A stretch of 64,000 nt of DNA from Massalongia carnosa. Lineage: Eukaryota. Shown here in pieces: positions 35,986 through 48,803 of the stretch. The stretch covers positions 1,426,001 to 1,490,000 of the forward strand of contig OZ287076.1 of the NCBI GenBank assembly GCA_965645245.1. Reading direction: 5' to 3'. How positions within the stretch are numbered: the stretch's first letter is position 1; each line of letters begins with the position of its first letter. The notes beneath the pieces are model-generated. The model saw only the letters and a program-made list of their open reading frames with translations, was not told the origin of the DNA and ran no database searches. The position numbers and the translations under genes were made by a program.

Positions 35986-38004
35986 AGTTGTCAAGACAGT
36001 GCTGACGGCAGTAAGGTGAGTTGAAAGTGAGAGAGTTCATGGCCCATCGTATGCTGACGTCGTGAATTTGCAGCCATTTAATGCCGAGAACGATGGGATA
36101 GTGACCGAGGCTGGTGACGAGAAGGTTAGCGGGTTCGGAATGCGAGGCGATGTCAAGGTTCAGACGGGCGAGGTGAGTAAGCTTTCCAGACGACACGGGA
36201 CGGCCGTCTGCGAGTTCAAGAATACGAGGGTTCTTTATGAGGGCGAGAGGTATGCGATGATGGTGCGCGAACGAGGAATCAACAAAGGCAAATCCAGATG
36301 CTCCACAATCAATCAATACATAAGTCTTGATTCTGATTGTTCCTATGGAAACAACAAGAGACACAACCAAATGCCTTCCATCCAAATCTTCTTCGGATAG
36401 AGGTTCTTTGGACAAGGAAAATGCCGAAATCGAAATAGTTTCTTTTTGTCTTCGGCCGCGACTTAGGCCGAAGACTGAACTTTTCCCTCCTCTTCCGAAG
36501 TCACCGTGCTCAGTTCATATGTCCTCACTCTAGGTTTTCCCTTGGAGGCTGGGCAGGAATTGGCGAAATGTCCTGATCCTCCACAGTACATGCATAGTCC
36601 TTCGTTCATGTGGCGTTATCTTTCCGCCGGGGTGATGGGACCGCGACGCCTGGAGGTCGACAGGTCCATGGCGTCCGTGTCTGCGGATGGGGTGATTGCG
36701 GGCCTAGGAGCGGGAGTGCTGAAGGTGGAGGTGGAAGAGGTCTTGGTAGTCGGGGTGGACGGGGCGGAGGAAGAGCGAGATGAACCATATGAAAATGGTT
36801 TGCGGATTGAGGCCTGGACGGAACGGAATCGATTATCAATTTTCTGGAGAACTTTTATGGTGTCGTCTAACGACGGGGGTAGGTCAACCGTGATGAGAGC
36901 AGATTTCAACTTATCACTGAGACCATCTAGGAGAATGGATCGCTTGGCTTCATCATCGAAGCCTGTGTCTGGAACGAGACGTTGATAATCTGATAGGTAT
37001 AGGTAGAACTCTTTATTCTTTTGTCGAAGCTGTCGCAGTTCCCTTTGTGCTGTCGCTTTTCTATCGGGGTCACCGAAGGCCAATTGCAATTTTGTATAAA
37101 ACGCTTCCATATCGACAAGAGCGATATTTCCATCTTTTTCCAGGTACGGCTGCAGTTGTTCCAATGCTCTCTCCTTCAAGCGGCTTAGTGCATAAGCGAG
37201 CTTGCTTTTCTCGGTGGGATAGTGGTCCTTGTTGATGTTCAGCTTTATTCGGAGTTGCGTCGTCTATCCCCGAAGTTCTGCCTTATCGCCACCAAAAGAA
37301 GATGGGTCCGGATGTTTGGTAGAACGATGTGACTTAGACTGCGAGGCATCGGTCAGATTGGTGCGAAGTTCGTCTATGACAACTTGTCCAGCGGCCATGG
37401 TGATTGCATTCTCGGACAGAGTGATGTTAACCTGCTCAAGTAAAGATAGTGCAGCTGCTTTGTCGGTCTCTAAAGTGGTGATAAGTTCCTGAGCATTGGC
37501 CGAGAAGTTGGTGACGCGAAGAAGGAACTCGAGCCATGCCTGTGGCTGTTGCTGCACGGCAGTTGTCAGTTCGTCGGCGTTGGAAACGGAGGTAGGGGGG
37601 TCGAGGTTGATGGACATGTTGGTGATGCACCAGGTGAATAGGCAGGTCGAACGTAGTGTCACGGTGCGAGGTCAGGTAAGAATTCAGGTGGTGCAAACGT
37701 GTGTTACTTAATTGTCTAGCTAGGTGGACAAGACGTTCGACAAGGAGAAAAGAAATACAGAAAATCCAACGTGGGCGAGTATAAGACTCTGGCGAACGGA
37801 ACTAGTCCCAATCCAGCCGTTGATCCAATTTCCCCAAGTCCCTAGCATGAAACTATCGCCATGACACTATTGATAGTCGGAACACTTACCTTTGAACCGG
37901 ATTAAGCTTAGTTCCTTTCGGATGGCTAACCGGCTAGTGCTTCGTTCAAGCAGCTAAGGTTGATTCAATGAACTAACTGGCAGGTGTCCAGTCACTCCAT
38001 GACA
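35986..38004 (-). mobile_element. Gypsy-A LTR retrotransposon, 5' part only (5' LTR, gag, protease)
   Basis: LTR 37657-38004 (TGTCACGG...CCATGACA). gag 36463-37617 has two in-frame stops and CMYCGGSGHFANSC. Protease motifs LIDCGASG and IVLGIKWL lie in 35986-36415. Confidence 0.88.
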
Positions 38005-39868
38005 TATACCAAATTTCTGAACCGTAGTCCGAAATAGGAACAATGCATGACAAATAGAGCTGTCTGCATGCGGTCGGTTTCAGACCCCATTCGGATTTCA
38101 TCAAATTCTGAATTGCAAAAAATGATCGATTCGCAGAAGAGATTCGCGTTTCGACGTGTTTTTTGAAATTTAGTTTTCGGTCTAGCCAGACGCCCAACCA
38201 TTTGACTACATTTTTCGGTTCTAGTATTGTCCCGTTTGGTAATTCCAATGTGTCTTTCGATACATTTCTTGTCTTTTCGAAGTGAATCAGCTCGGATTTA
38301 TCGTCATCAAATTTGACATTATTCGATGCGGCCCAATCAAAAGCTGTTTTGAATATGATTTCGATTTCTTTGCAATTTTGTTTTGCAGTTTTATTTTCGA
38401 CATATATTGCAATATCGTCAATAAAACTGGGAGAATGTGCATTAAATTTCATTCGTATTTTCGGAAACAAGTGACGAATGTAAATCAGAAAAAGAATAGG
38501 CGAGATTGGTGAACCTTGTAGAATTCCTGATTCGACAAAATATGTTTTGCTTTTGTTTTCATCGAATATCAAATTGATCGATCGTTTTGTCATGAAATGC
38601 TTAATCTATTGAATTATTATGCGAGATAATTTCAGCTTTTTCATGATATTTAGCAGTTGATTAATCGAGACAAAGTCAAATGCGCCTTTGACATCGAGTA
38701 ATAAACAGGATAAAACGTTTTTATTTCGATTCGCAATTTCGATATCATGAACGAGGTTTATTACTGCGTCAATTGCAGAAAGATTTTTGCGTCCGCCCAT
38801 CTGTTCGATATCTAGTAAATTCGAATTTTCGCCGAAGTAGGCTAGTCGATTTGCAACGATTTTCTCAGCAATTTTACCAAGACAATTTAGTAATATGATA
38901 ATTCGATATGTTTTTGGTAGCGAATAGTCTGATTTATTAGGTTTTTTCAGAACTGCACCGAGTCCTGTCCGCCAGCATAACGGGTGATAACCGATTCGAA
39001 TGAATTTCGAATAAATCATGAAAACCCCGTTTTTCAACGATTGAAACGATTTTTGAACAATTGTAAAATTGATTGCATCATGTCCACATGCTTTCTTTGG
39101 ATTAAATAAATTAATCGCATTTTGCAGCTCGTTTTCTGTCAAATCTGGCCAATTATCATCATTTTCGCTGTCTTGATTTGGTAAATCTTCCACATTATCG
39201 TCTATAAATGGGTTTTTATTGTACATTGCTGACACAAACGCATCGCATTTGTCATCAAACTGAACATTAAGCTTATTTTCTTGTAGAATCGGCGGTATTT
39301 TTTCGAATATGCGCGGTTTAGTATATTTATACGCGGTAAACACGTCTTTATTCGCCGCATTTTCTAGAAAAGTCAACCAGTGTCAAGGACTGGGCAGGGG
39401 CTTGAACTAATGTTCCTAGGAATTGGATATGGTGATCAAGATGTCTTTATTAATAAGACTATAGTTAGGTGATGGATTGCTATATAAGACGTCGGACAAG
39501 GAGTAAATAATCTAATTTACTTGTCCTTTCTTTTATATTTGTCTCGAACCCCTTTGCATGAAGATTTGATCAGTGTTCATCTCCCCCTATTAGGAGATGT
39601 ACGACACGAAGGTTTGACTAGGTGTTTGACGATAAAAGGTGGAGATGAGGTTCTCCTGTCGTTGGTACGCTTTAATAGTGATGGTACAGCTTTGACCTGA
39701 AGCCGTTGAGAGGGGTCTAAACTCGATTCAGTTAATGAGATTCTGACTAAGCTGAATAGAGGAACGGGAGCTTAGTCAGATTCATCTGCGGGATTGATTC
39801 TTGATCGGGTTGGTTCGATTTCATGACAGTAGCTCCCCTTTCAAGAGCTGAGCTCCTGCGAAGCAGTT

Positions 39869-42800
39869 TTATTCATGACAGCGACATCGAGGAATGGAAC
39901 AGGGGGTGAGATGTGGGCCGGATGCACCAGGATAGGCTTCCTGGTATTCGTCCAGAGCTTGTTGATAGTTGGTTAGTAGGTGAAATGGCTCCCAGGTTGG
40001 GGTATGTCCTTCCCAGTTGACGAAATACTTGAGAAGCGGAGGTTGATAACGTCTGTCCAGTTTCGAGTTCAGAATGCTGTTGACATACCATTCTCGCTGT
40101 CCATCTTCGGCTATTATTAGGTCGCGAAGCTCGGGAATTTGTCCTGGGAGGGGGTCGTCTGCGTCGTGTTGTAGCAGATTTACATGAAAGACCGGATGAA
40201 TTTTAACCGTGTCGGGGAGTTCCAGTTGAACAACAAGAGGGTTGGCGAACACCTTACAGACTCGGTAAGGACCGACATTTCGATCGTCCAGTTTGGCTGC
40301 CGGACGGGCTGTCTAGATATTTCGGGTGTTCAGCCATACCATGTCTCCTACAAGATAACGAGGACAGGGACGGCGGTTCTCATTGGCGGAAGATTCGTAT
40401 GAGGCCTGCGCGATCAACATCTCTTCTCGTAGGTGAGTGTCTACGTCTCGCATCTTGTCTACGAATCGATTGGCGGCGATCAGGTTAGCGATTCCCTGGG
40501 CGGTCATGTCTTGCGGAAGGGGCTCTTCGGGTTCGAATCCTACCCTGGGGTGTTGTCCATAATTAGCCAGGAAGGGAGAGGCGAGAATGCTGGAGGAGTC
40601 GGTGTTATTGCTGGAGAATTCGGCACCGGGTAAGTACTGGGCCCAGTCATTTTGCATGTAATTGACGTATGCCCGAAGATAGTGCTCCATGGTTGCATTA
40701 GCCCTCTCGGTTTGGCCATCTGTCTCGGGATGAAAACTGGTTGATAGCCTAGCATCAATTCTAAGCCGTTTACACATGATGTTCAAGAAATCGGAGGTGA
40801 ATTGGGTGCCTCGATCCGAAATCAAGGCGTCTGGGAGACCGTGTAATTTCCATACATTTTTGTAGAAGGAGTTAGCAGCCTCTTCTACCTCCATGGAGGT
40901 GGTGGGGACGAAATGTCGCATCTTGGAAAGGCGATCGATGAAGACGAGGATATAACGATAGGTTATACCCATGAAGGTGCTCGGAGGCAGCGGACCTACG
41001 TAGTCCATGGAAACGTCACGCCATCGACGTTCGGGTGGGGACAGAGGGCGTAGCAATCCTTGGTATCGTTGGCGGGATGGTTTGGATCGTCTACAGGTGT
41101 GACAGTTACGAATGAATCGTTTGACGGTTTGATGCATACTGGGCTACCAGTATGATCGATTCATTAGTTCGTAGCATTTGGAACGACCGGGATGGCCACC
41201 TGCTACGCTGTCGTGTGCCTGTTGAATGAGACGGAGACGGAGCCGATCCGAATTGGGTACGTATCGACGGTTTCGAAAATAAAGAATCCCTTCTTTATCT
41301 TCACATTCGGCTAGCTGAATGCCGTTATGATATCTGACATTATTGCGAAGCATGTCTAGAACTTTCAGAGAGAATTGATCCTGTTCCAGAGCTTGTTCCC
41401 ATAACAGCTGAGTTGGGACGTCGGTCGGGTCTTGGCCAGGATTGGTTTGGTCGGCAGGCTGATCCAGCTGTGGTTCAGGTTCAATGAACTCGTAATCATG
41501 TTCAACGGACTCGGGATCCTGTTCGATAAACGCGGGGGCTAGGATAATCGTGGATAAGAAACTTTTCGCCACTTCGTCGTCCAGGTTATGAGTTTTCAGG
41601 ATGGTTTGATGCTGCTATTTATGTCTTTCATCAGTTTCATCCCCCTCTTTAGGGAGGTCTCCTGAGCGACGAGTCAGTGCATCTAGTTTTCCACCAGCTT
41701 TTCCGGGTCGATAGACTATTTTAAAGTCATCGGGATAAGAATTCGGACCAGCGAGCTTGACGACGACTGAGTTGTTTGGTTGAAGCGAAGTATTCCAAAT
41801 TCTTATAATCTGCGATAACGCTGATGGGGTAAGCAGAACCTTCCAATTCCGGTCTCCATTCTTCGAAGCATCGGACGATGGCCATGAGTTCCTTGTCATA
41901 GATCTCATAATTGCATTCGGCCGGGTTGTGTTTCTTGGAGAAGTATGCGATGGGGCGAAGCACGTTCTCGTTGTTATACTGAGAAAGGATACCACCAGAG
42001 ACGTAGTCCGAAGCATCGGTTTCCACGATGATAGGACGATCGGGATCGAAATGCATCAGTATTAGTTCCGAGGTGAAAGCTTTTTTTAGAGTTTCGAATG
42101 CCTGTTGACATTTGTCAGTCCATTGAAAGCTGACCTCCTTTGGTTAGATTCGTTAGTGGGCCGGCTATCTTACTAAAGCCATATACGAATCGTCTATAGA
42201 AGTTAGCAAATCCCAGAAAGCTTTGTACATCTTTCATATTGATCGGTATTGGCCAATGAGTTACTGTTTCGATTTTAGCTGGGTCCATTTTGATTCCATC
42301 GGTGGTTACGATTAGTCCGAGATAGGCAACTTCTGTGACATGAATTTGCATTTGGTGATGTCTACTTGCAGCCCGGCTTCTCTCAGCTCGATGAGGATAC
42401 ATTTGACGTGGATTTCATGCTCGCCTTCAATTTCGCTGTAGATGAGAATGTCATCTAGATAGGCCGTGCAAAAGTCGTCGAGATACTCTCGAAGAGTATC
42501 ATTGATGAAGTGTTGAAAGGAGGCGGGGCCGTTACAGAGGCCGAATGGTAGGACCAGGGATTCGAAGAGGCCAAAACGGGTTCTGAATGCGGTGAGTTCT
42601 TCATCTCCTTCCTTGATGCGGAGCCGATTGAACGCTGAAATAATGTCCAGCTTGGTGAATATCTTAGCCCGACTCAGGCGATTTAGGGTTTCGGTGATCA
42701 GGGGAAGCGGATACCGATTCTTAATCGTGATGGCATTGAGGCCTCGATAGTCGACACAGAAGCGAAGTCCTCCTCCTGGCTTCTTTACGAACATGACTGG

Positions 42801-44259
42801 GGAGGCAGCGGGGGATTTACTAGCTCGGATAAAGCCTTTCGACAGGTTCTCATCAAGGTAGCGTCGGAGTTCTTCGATTTCGGTTCGACTCATGCCATAA
42901 AGAGCTTGATTCGGGATTGGAGAGCCTTCTTTTAGCTTTATGGCACGGTCGTAGGGTCGGTGTTCGGGCAGGACGTCCGATTCTTTTTTGGAGAAGACAT
43001 CCAGAAAGTCGTGATACTGTTTGGGTAGAAGGGGGGCTGGGTCGACGTTCTTTCGCTCACGATAAGCGTTCAGTTCTTCGGCGGTCACTGATGATTGCAG
43101 TGTCAAGGGTTGAGGTTCGGGTTCGGTCACTGAACATAACTGTGTCAGAGCCTGGTTCATACGGAACAGGGCTAAGTGATATTTCTTTTCACTAGGGCTG
43201 GACCGGGGGTTGGGTTGGTACGTTGGTTTCGAGTGTGCACAGTCAGTCTCTTGACGAAGGCGAGATTCGGGTTTGGGTTCAGGCTTAGGTTCAGGTTGAG
43301 TCAGGCCGAGAAAGTGATCGATTTCTTTCAAGGAGAGAGCAAACATCTCGTGACTCTTTTTTCGTCCGAGATAGTTGAGGTTGAGGGCGCCGATTTCACA
43401 GACGTCCAAAACAGGAGGATTGCGATTCTGCTGGGCAGCATGTCGCTGAGTGGAGGTGCGATACGAAGAGGGACTTCGATATCGGATTTTCGGTGAGTCG
43501 CCCTGCTCAATCGCTTTTTCGATACGACTGATATCCTGATTTTCGAGAGAAGTTGTCTTACTATCGCGCGGCGTGGTTTTATCGGACAGGACAGGTATTT
43601 CGGACAGGATTTGACTATTGGACGAGTAGTTTTCCGATTCCCATACTTCCTGACTTTCCGCAGGAGATAGGAATTTCTCGCCCGTGTAGGCCTTCACCTT
43701 GACTGGATGAGGGCTACAATGAGCCAGGCAGAAAGAGGAAGACAGGGAGAGAGAGTTGGACTCGAAATCAGCGAGAGCTTGATGTCGTCGCAACCACGGG
43801 TGTCCCAGGACGATAGGGTAGGTTTCCAGTCCTGTTACGAAAAGGAATAATCTTTCTACATGTCCGTTTAAGTCCATGATTACCTCGGCCACATGAGTGA
43901 TATTTCCAGTCAGAGCCGGCTGACCGTCGAAGCCTTCAAGGCGTCGGGCTTATTTATTTGAGGGGATGAAGGGGGATTTGGTGAGTTTGCGCAAACTTCT
44001 TGTCAATGAATGCATAGCCAGATGCACCACAATCAATCAGATTGAGAGCTTGAATTCGAGATCTACCTATACGTAAGATACATGATACCACTAGGTGGCT
44101 ATCTCGAAACGCTTCTTCGGTTTCAAACAGCTCCAAAGCGGAGGCTGCGGAAAAACGAGTGTTTGATTGAAGGGGGGGAGAAAACGAGTTGGCTAACAGA
44201 CAAGAAGAAATTAAAATAGGGCTCTGCGCGCGACGATGCGCAGAGTCTAGACGTTTCCC
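39869..44259 (-). pseudogene. Gypsy-B pol (protease-RT-RNase H-integrase-chromodomain), frameshifted
   Basis: Successive ORF pieces 43954-44136, 42312-43892, 42115-42402, 41727-42056, 41144-41572, 40313-41137 and 39869-40252 in canonical gypsy domain order. Confidence 0.92.
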
Positions 44260-45440
44260 GAGTCGTCAGTCTCGGGAGTGAGGGTCGAGACGACTTCCAT
44301 GTTGCGAAGGCGTTTGGTAGGCTTATTTGGACAGTCGGAGGCCGACCCGAGGTGTTGCAATTTGCAATAGAAGCACAGGTTCCAATTCTCGCAGATCTTC
44401 CTTACTCCCTCGGTTTTCAACGACTGACCTTTGACAGCCGCCATGGCCTGACTTAGGTCCATAGGGTCTCCAGCTGGGGGGAAGGCGGGGGTTGGGATCA
44501 ATGGGGTGACCGTGCCCGTGACGACAGTGCGGGGGAAAGGGGCAGCAGGAAGGTTGGTGCCGTTTCTTCGATTGGCGGGAGCTGATGTGGCCGGAGTCGT
44601 GGCCTTGGGTGCCAGATGACGGATCTGACGGATTTTCCGGTCCGTGCTTAACCACATTGCGACGTGCTCGTCGAAGGTGATTGGCTCCAGATTGGTGCCG
44701 GGGACTCGGTAGTGGACGGCCGCGGTTTGAACGGAGTAGTTGATGTTTGCCTTCATGGCATCAATCAACGAAGCGTCTTCCATTCTGGATCGGTCTTTTT
44801 TCTGAGAGAAGAGAGTGTTATACTCTTCGAAACTCAGAGAGCCCTGCTTGAGGGTTTCTCGAAGGTACTTACGGGCATCCTCTTGTTCGAAGGGGTTGCC
44901 GCAGGCTAGGCGAAGAGCAGAACGCCATTCGGAGAAGGTGGTGAGTCTACAAATGCCATCCACTCGATACGCATTCATAAGGTTGTGAGCTCGTTTCCCG
45001 ATGGTGAGCCGATTCTCCGCGTATGCAATCTTCGAGGTATCGGTGGAGTATCGATCATGATTAACGTGCATTCGTTGAATCAGGCTCTGTTCCGAGGAGT
45101 CCAACTTGGCTTCATCTCCATCGTACTCGGAGATGTCGGGAAGTTTTTCGGAACGAAGATCGGTTTTGGACTCGGAATTCCGGGTCAAAAGGAGCTGCAG
45201 GAGGGCAGCTATCTGAGGGTCCATTGCCGGAACGGACGAGGGAGACGAGGTTGATGCTGGAGTGGGTATAGGGGGGTCGGTAGCTGGGGCGGCCTGCAAC
45301 CGGGCTACCTCGTCTTCAAGTCGTCGTATTTCCGCGACGAATGCTTCAGGATTGGTTTGGAACTGGTTTTGAAACAACTTCACGTTCTCGTCGATGAGAG
45401 GATTTTGGGGGACGGTCATCTCTTCTGAAGACGAAGACAT
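44247..45440 (-). CDS. Gypsy-B Gag (397 aa)
   Basis: Open frame just after the PBS; SEKLPD, GDPMDL and an atypical knuckle CFYCKLQHLGSASDC. Confidence 0.85.
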   Translation of the reverse strand: MSSSSEEMTVPQNPLIDENVKLFQNQFQTNPEAFVAEIRRLEDEVARLQAAPATDPPIPTPASTSSPSSVPAMDPQIAALLQLLLTRNSESKTDLRSEKLPDISEYDGDEAKLDSSEQSLIQRMHVNHDRYSTDTSKIAYAENRLTIGKRAHNLMNAYRVDGICRLTTFSEWRSALRLACGNPFEQEDARKYLRETLKQGSLSFEEYNTLFSQKKDRSRMEDASLIDAMKANINYSVQTAAVHYRVPGTNLEPITFDEHVAMWLSTDRKIRQIRHLAPKATTPATSAPANRRNGTNLPAAPFPRTVVTGTVTPLIPTPAFPPAGDPMDLSQAMAAVKGQSLKTEGVRKICENWNLCFYCKLQHLGSASDCPNKPTKRLRNMEVVSTLTPETDDSGNV

Positions 45441-46684
45441 GATGGTGGAATATGAGGGGGGACAGGGGCTAGTGCTATGAAAGGCACCTTTAGATGTAGG
45501 TGCGACGTAATGTCAAGGACTGGGCAGGGGATTGAACTAATGTTCCTAGGAATTGGATTGGGTAATCAAGATGTCTTTATTAATAAGACTATAGCTAGGT
45601 GATAGATGGCTCTACAAGACGTCGGACAAGGAGTCAACAATCTAATTAACTTATCCTTCCTTTTATATTTGTCTCGAACCCATTTGCATAAAGATTTGAT
45701 CAGTGTTCATCTCCCCCTATTAGGAGACGTACGGCACGAAGGTTTGACGAGGTATTTGACGATAAAAGGTGGAGATAAGGTTCTCCTGTCGTTAGTACGC
45801 TTTGATGGTGATGGTACAGCTTTGACCTGAAGCCGTTGAGAGGGGTCTAAACTCGATTTAGTTAATGAGATTCTGACTAAGCTGAATAGAGGAACGGGAG
45901 CTTAGTCAGATTCATCTGCGGGATTGATTCTGGATCGGGTTGGTTCGATTTCATGATAACCAGGTTTGTTGTTTTGCTTTTCGAATTGCATGAAAATACT
46001 CGATTCGACTATGTTTAAACGTCCGATGACTAAAATCGGACGGATAATTCTTCTATTCTCGACGATGCCTGCACATGATTTTTCGAAGTTCGGTTAAATC
46101 TTGCGACCACCAATTTTTCGATTTTGCACATATTTTTGTTTTCGGAATAAACATTTCAGCCGCGTTTTTGATAATTTTTTGCAAATGTATCGCTGATTCG
46201 TCGAATTGATGATTATTCAATAAACTTTGTACTTTTGATGCGTAGTTGATTGAATTTTCGTCTAGAAACTTCGTGAATTAATTCCAATCGGCTTTATTGC
46301 AATTATATTTAGGGTACGGATAGAAGCACACCCCTTTGGTTACCCACACACCCCCCTCGGTTACCCACACACCCCCCTTGGTTACCCACACACCCCCGGT
46401 GGTTACCCACACACCCTACCCTAAAGTAGCTTAAGTTTGAAAAGTTTCTTCGGCCACTTTCCCTTATTGGCTGACCACCTTTCCTAACTAGGTTAAGCCG
46501 TTAAACTTTTCCCCACAACCTAATATTTTACTTAATCACCTGGCACGTGCCTAGCTGTACACCCCTTGCCAGCTCTGACCCAACTTTTTCAAACGGAGTC
46601 GATTGAGACCATCTTCGTCAATCAGACCACGATTTGATTAGACCAGTCTTTCTGCAGCCTAGCTACTCCACCTGTGGCCTGTAT

Positions 46685-46810
46685 CCCGTGCCAGCTGATT
46701 CTGATTATCCCCCCGTGCCAGCTAATTCTGATTATCCCCCCGTGCCAGCTAATTCTGATTGTCCCCCTGTGCCAGCTAATTCTGATTGTCCCCCCATGCC
46801 AGCTGATTTC
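46685..46810. repeat. 24-bp tandem repeat (~5 copies) encoding GGQSELAG-like units in the MULE C-terminus
   Basis: CCCGTGCCAGCTAATTCTGATTAT-like units read directly. Confidence 0.85.
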
Positions 46811-48803
46811 GGTTGTTTCTTTCTTCCACCTTGTTCCGCCCCTTTTCCTACACCTCGGGGTCGACCTCGTGGCCTTCCTCGTTTTCCGGGTGCTGGATCG
46901 GCTCTTTGTATAACACGTTCCACCTCTGGATCGACTATCTCGTTTATCCCAGCTGTCTCCATCTCGACACGTTCGAATTGAGAAGGTACTCGATTGGTAG
47001 AGGCCTCAAATGCTATGGTCCTTCTGTTGAGATTCTCAGCTCCTTGAAGACGTCCTCGAGTTCTTGCCATCTCCGGTTCTTGCACCAATAGTAAGTCATT
47101 TCTCGTATTGGCAGGCATGGTTCTCTGAAACCTACAATAGTTAGTAATCGCAGGGAAACTCTGAATGTATCCAATAACCTACCTCCAATGTGGATGAACG
47201 TCTTCAATCAACAGACTTCCTTCCTCATACAACCTTTCCTGGATTTTATGACTACATGGAAGTCCAGTTGTGATGGTGTAAACATGGATGCAAGGCCCCA
47301 ATACTATGGGTCGTCCGACCACAAGATTGTACTGAAGAAGTATCTTTCGTAGGGCATGAGGGGTGACGAATCCGGTTAATCGCTGAAACACTGGTTTTCG
47401 AAGATCCATGGGAAGTCGGTCTCTGGCTTCGTTGAATGTAATAAGATAGTTGTGAAGTTCATTGATCAATAGTAAGTTGATGCCATCCACCACCGTCTTC
47501 AGATCTCCGGTTGATGATCCCAGCTGACGTTTCAAAACTGCATGACCGCCTTCACCTCGAGATGTCGTCGTGGTATCAAAATGCAACATCTTGTCAGTGT
47601 AGCATTTGACGAAATGATGCCGAAAAGACAAATAAGTTGAGGTGATATACTCCACGCAATTTCCAGGAATCGTACCACAAAACCGCCCCCATAGTTGCCA
47701 GAATTCCGGTTCGGTAGTGGCGTATACGATGGATTTCCATTCAGCAAAGAAGGCATCCCATGCTTCTTTGGTATCAAAGCTTTTCTTACAACTGGCTACG
47801 ATATTGTTGTTGATGTGCCAAATGCAAAGAAGATTATTAGTGTTCGGAAAAGTCTGATCAATAGCGGACATCAAAGCACGTTCCATATCAGTGACGATAA
47901 CGACTGGATTAGGAAGTTCGAGTTGCAAATACAATGCCTTCAGATGAGACAATACCCACGTGTAATCGGCGGTGGTTTCTGATGCCATGAAACAGAAAGC
48001 CACATAGAAATTTGTATGCAGACTGGTCTGACCACTTACAATAAGAAGAGGCATGCGATATCGATTTGTCTTGTATGTGCAGTCCATTACCAACACCTCA
48101 TAGTTTGTCTTCAGAAGAGTTTGGGAGCTTTCTCTGACGAAGAAGAGATGAGTGATGCGATTCAGCTCATCTTTCTGCATGTGGTATGTCCAATGCCCTC
48201 GATCCAACTCTTGAATCAATGCCTGCACGGGGGTAAGCGGTCCCAGAATGTGGCGACGCATCTGAGCTTTGTGATTATAGATATCTCGAGGTTGAAAAGA
48301 GGATTAATAATCTGAGGATCGGCCGGATCGTCCGTGTTGACTGATCCCAAAGTGGGATCAGGAATGCGAAGACTAGATAAAACTTTGGAAGATGCTACTT
48401 GCACTGTTAATTGACGAGATATCTCACTTTTCACTTCTGCTGTCATCGCCATTCCTCTATGAACCGGATGGGCGCCAGCGAGACTGGACGAATGATTATG
48501 TTCCTCATTTACCACCTCCAGAATCCAGTTACCTCTATCTTCTTCCATTCGCTTGGCAGTCAGAAGAAACGGACATTCTATGCATCTACTGCTGGTATGA
48601 CGTCTTTCCTGTCCCTGAGGACCTCGGGGCTTTCCTTCTCGATCACAAATCAACCAGGCCTTTCTTCTTATTCCGAGTTTCGATTTCTTGGTCCGGCTTA
48701 ACACGATGGCATATCCTTGTGGGGCGGCATGCTCATTAACACGAATAACAAGGTCATCCAGTGATTCGAAGGATTGTCTATCTTCTGGAGGACGAAGACT
48801 CAT
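46732..48803 (-). pseudogene. MULE transposase (FAR1-like Zn finger, MULE DDE, SWIM, AT-hook tail); one frameshift near 48290, intron 47132-47182
   Basis: CDREG...CIECPF...HNH; MDCTYKTNRYRMPL; TDMERAL; LCIWH; TTSRGEGGH; GLPCSH. A GTAGGT...CTAAC...TAG intron joins HWR to FQRTMPAN; KRGRPRGRPR in the tail. Confidence 0.88.

Larger units (their letters stand above)
39381..45958 (-). mobile_element. Gypsy-B chromovirus, full-length but with degenerate pol
   Basis: 448-bp LTRs at 39381-39828 and 45511-45958 (about 27 differences by eye); TSD ACCAG (39376-39380, 45959-45963); PPT next to 39828. Fragmented PR, RT (YLDD), RNase H (TDASD), integrase and chromodomain. Confidence 0.95.

Noticed and set aside
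35903..36415. Novel protease-LINE fusion ORF (also chimeric ORFs 37973-38593, 48953-49513, 58450-58851, 30020-30448)
   Set aside because: These frames simply read across insertion junctions.
46338..46425. True telomere or telomerase-healed end
   Set aside because: The repeats are internal parts of paired TIRs bounded by a TSD; there is no TTAGGG array.
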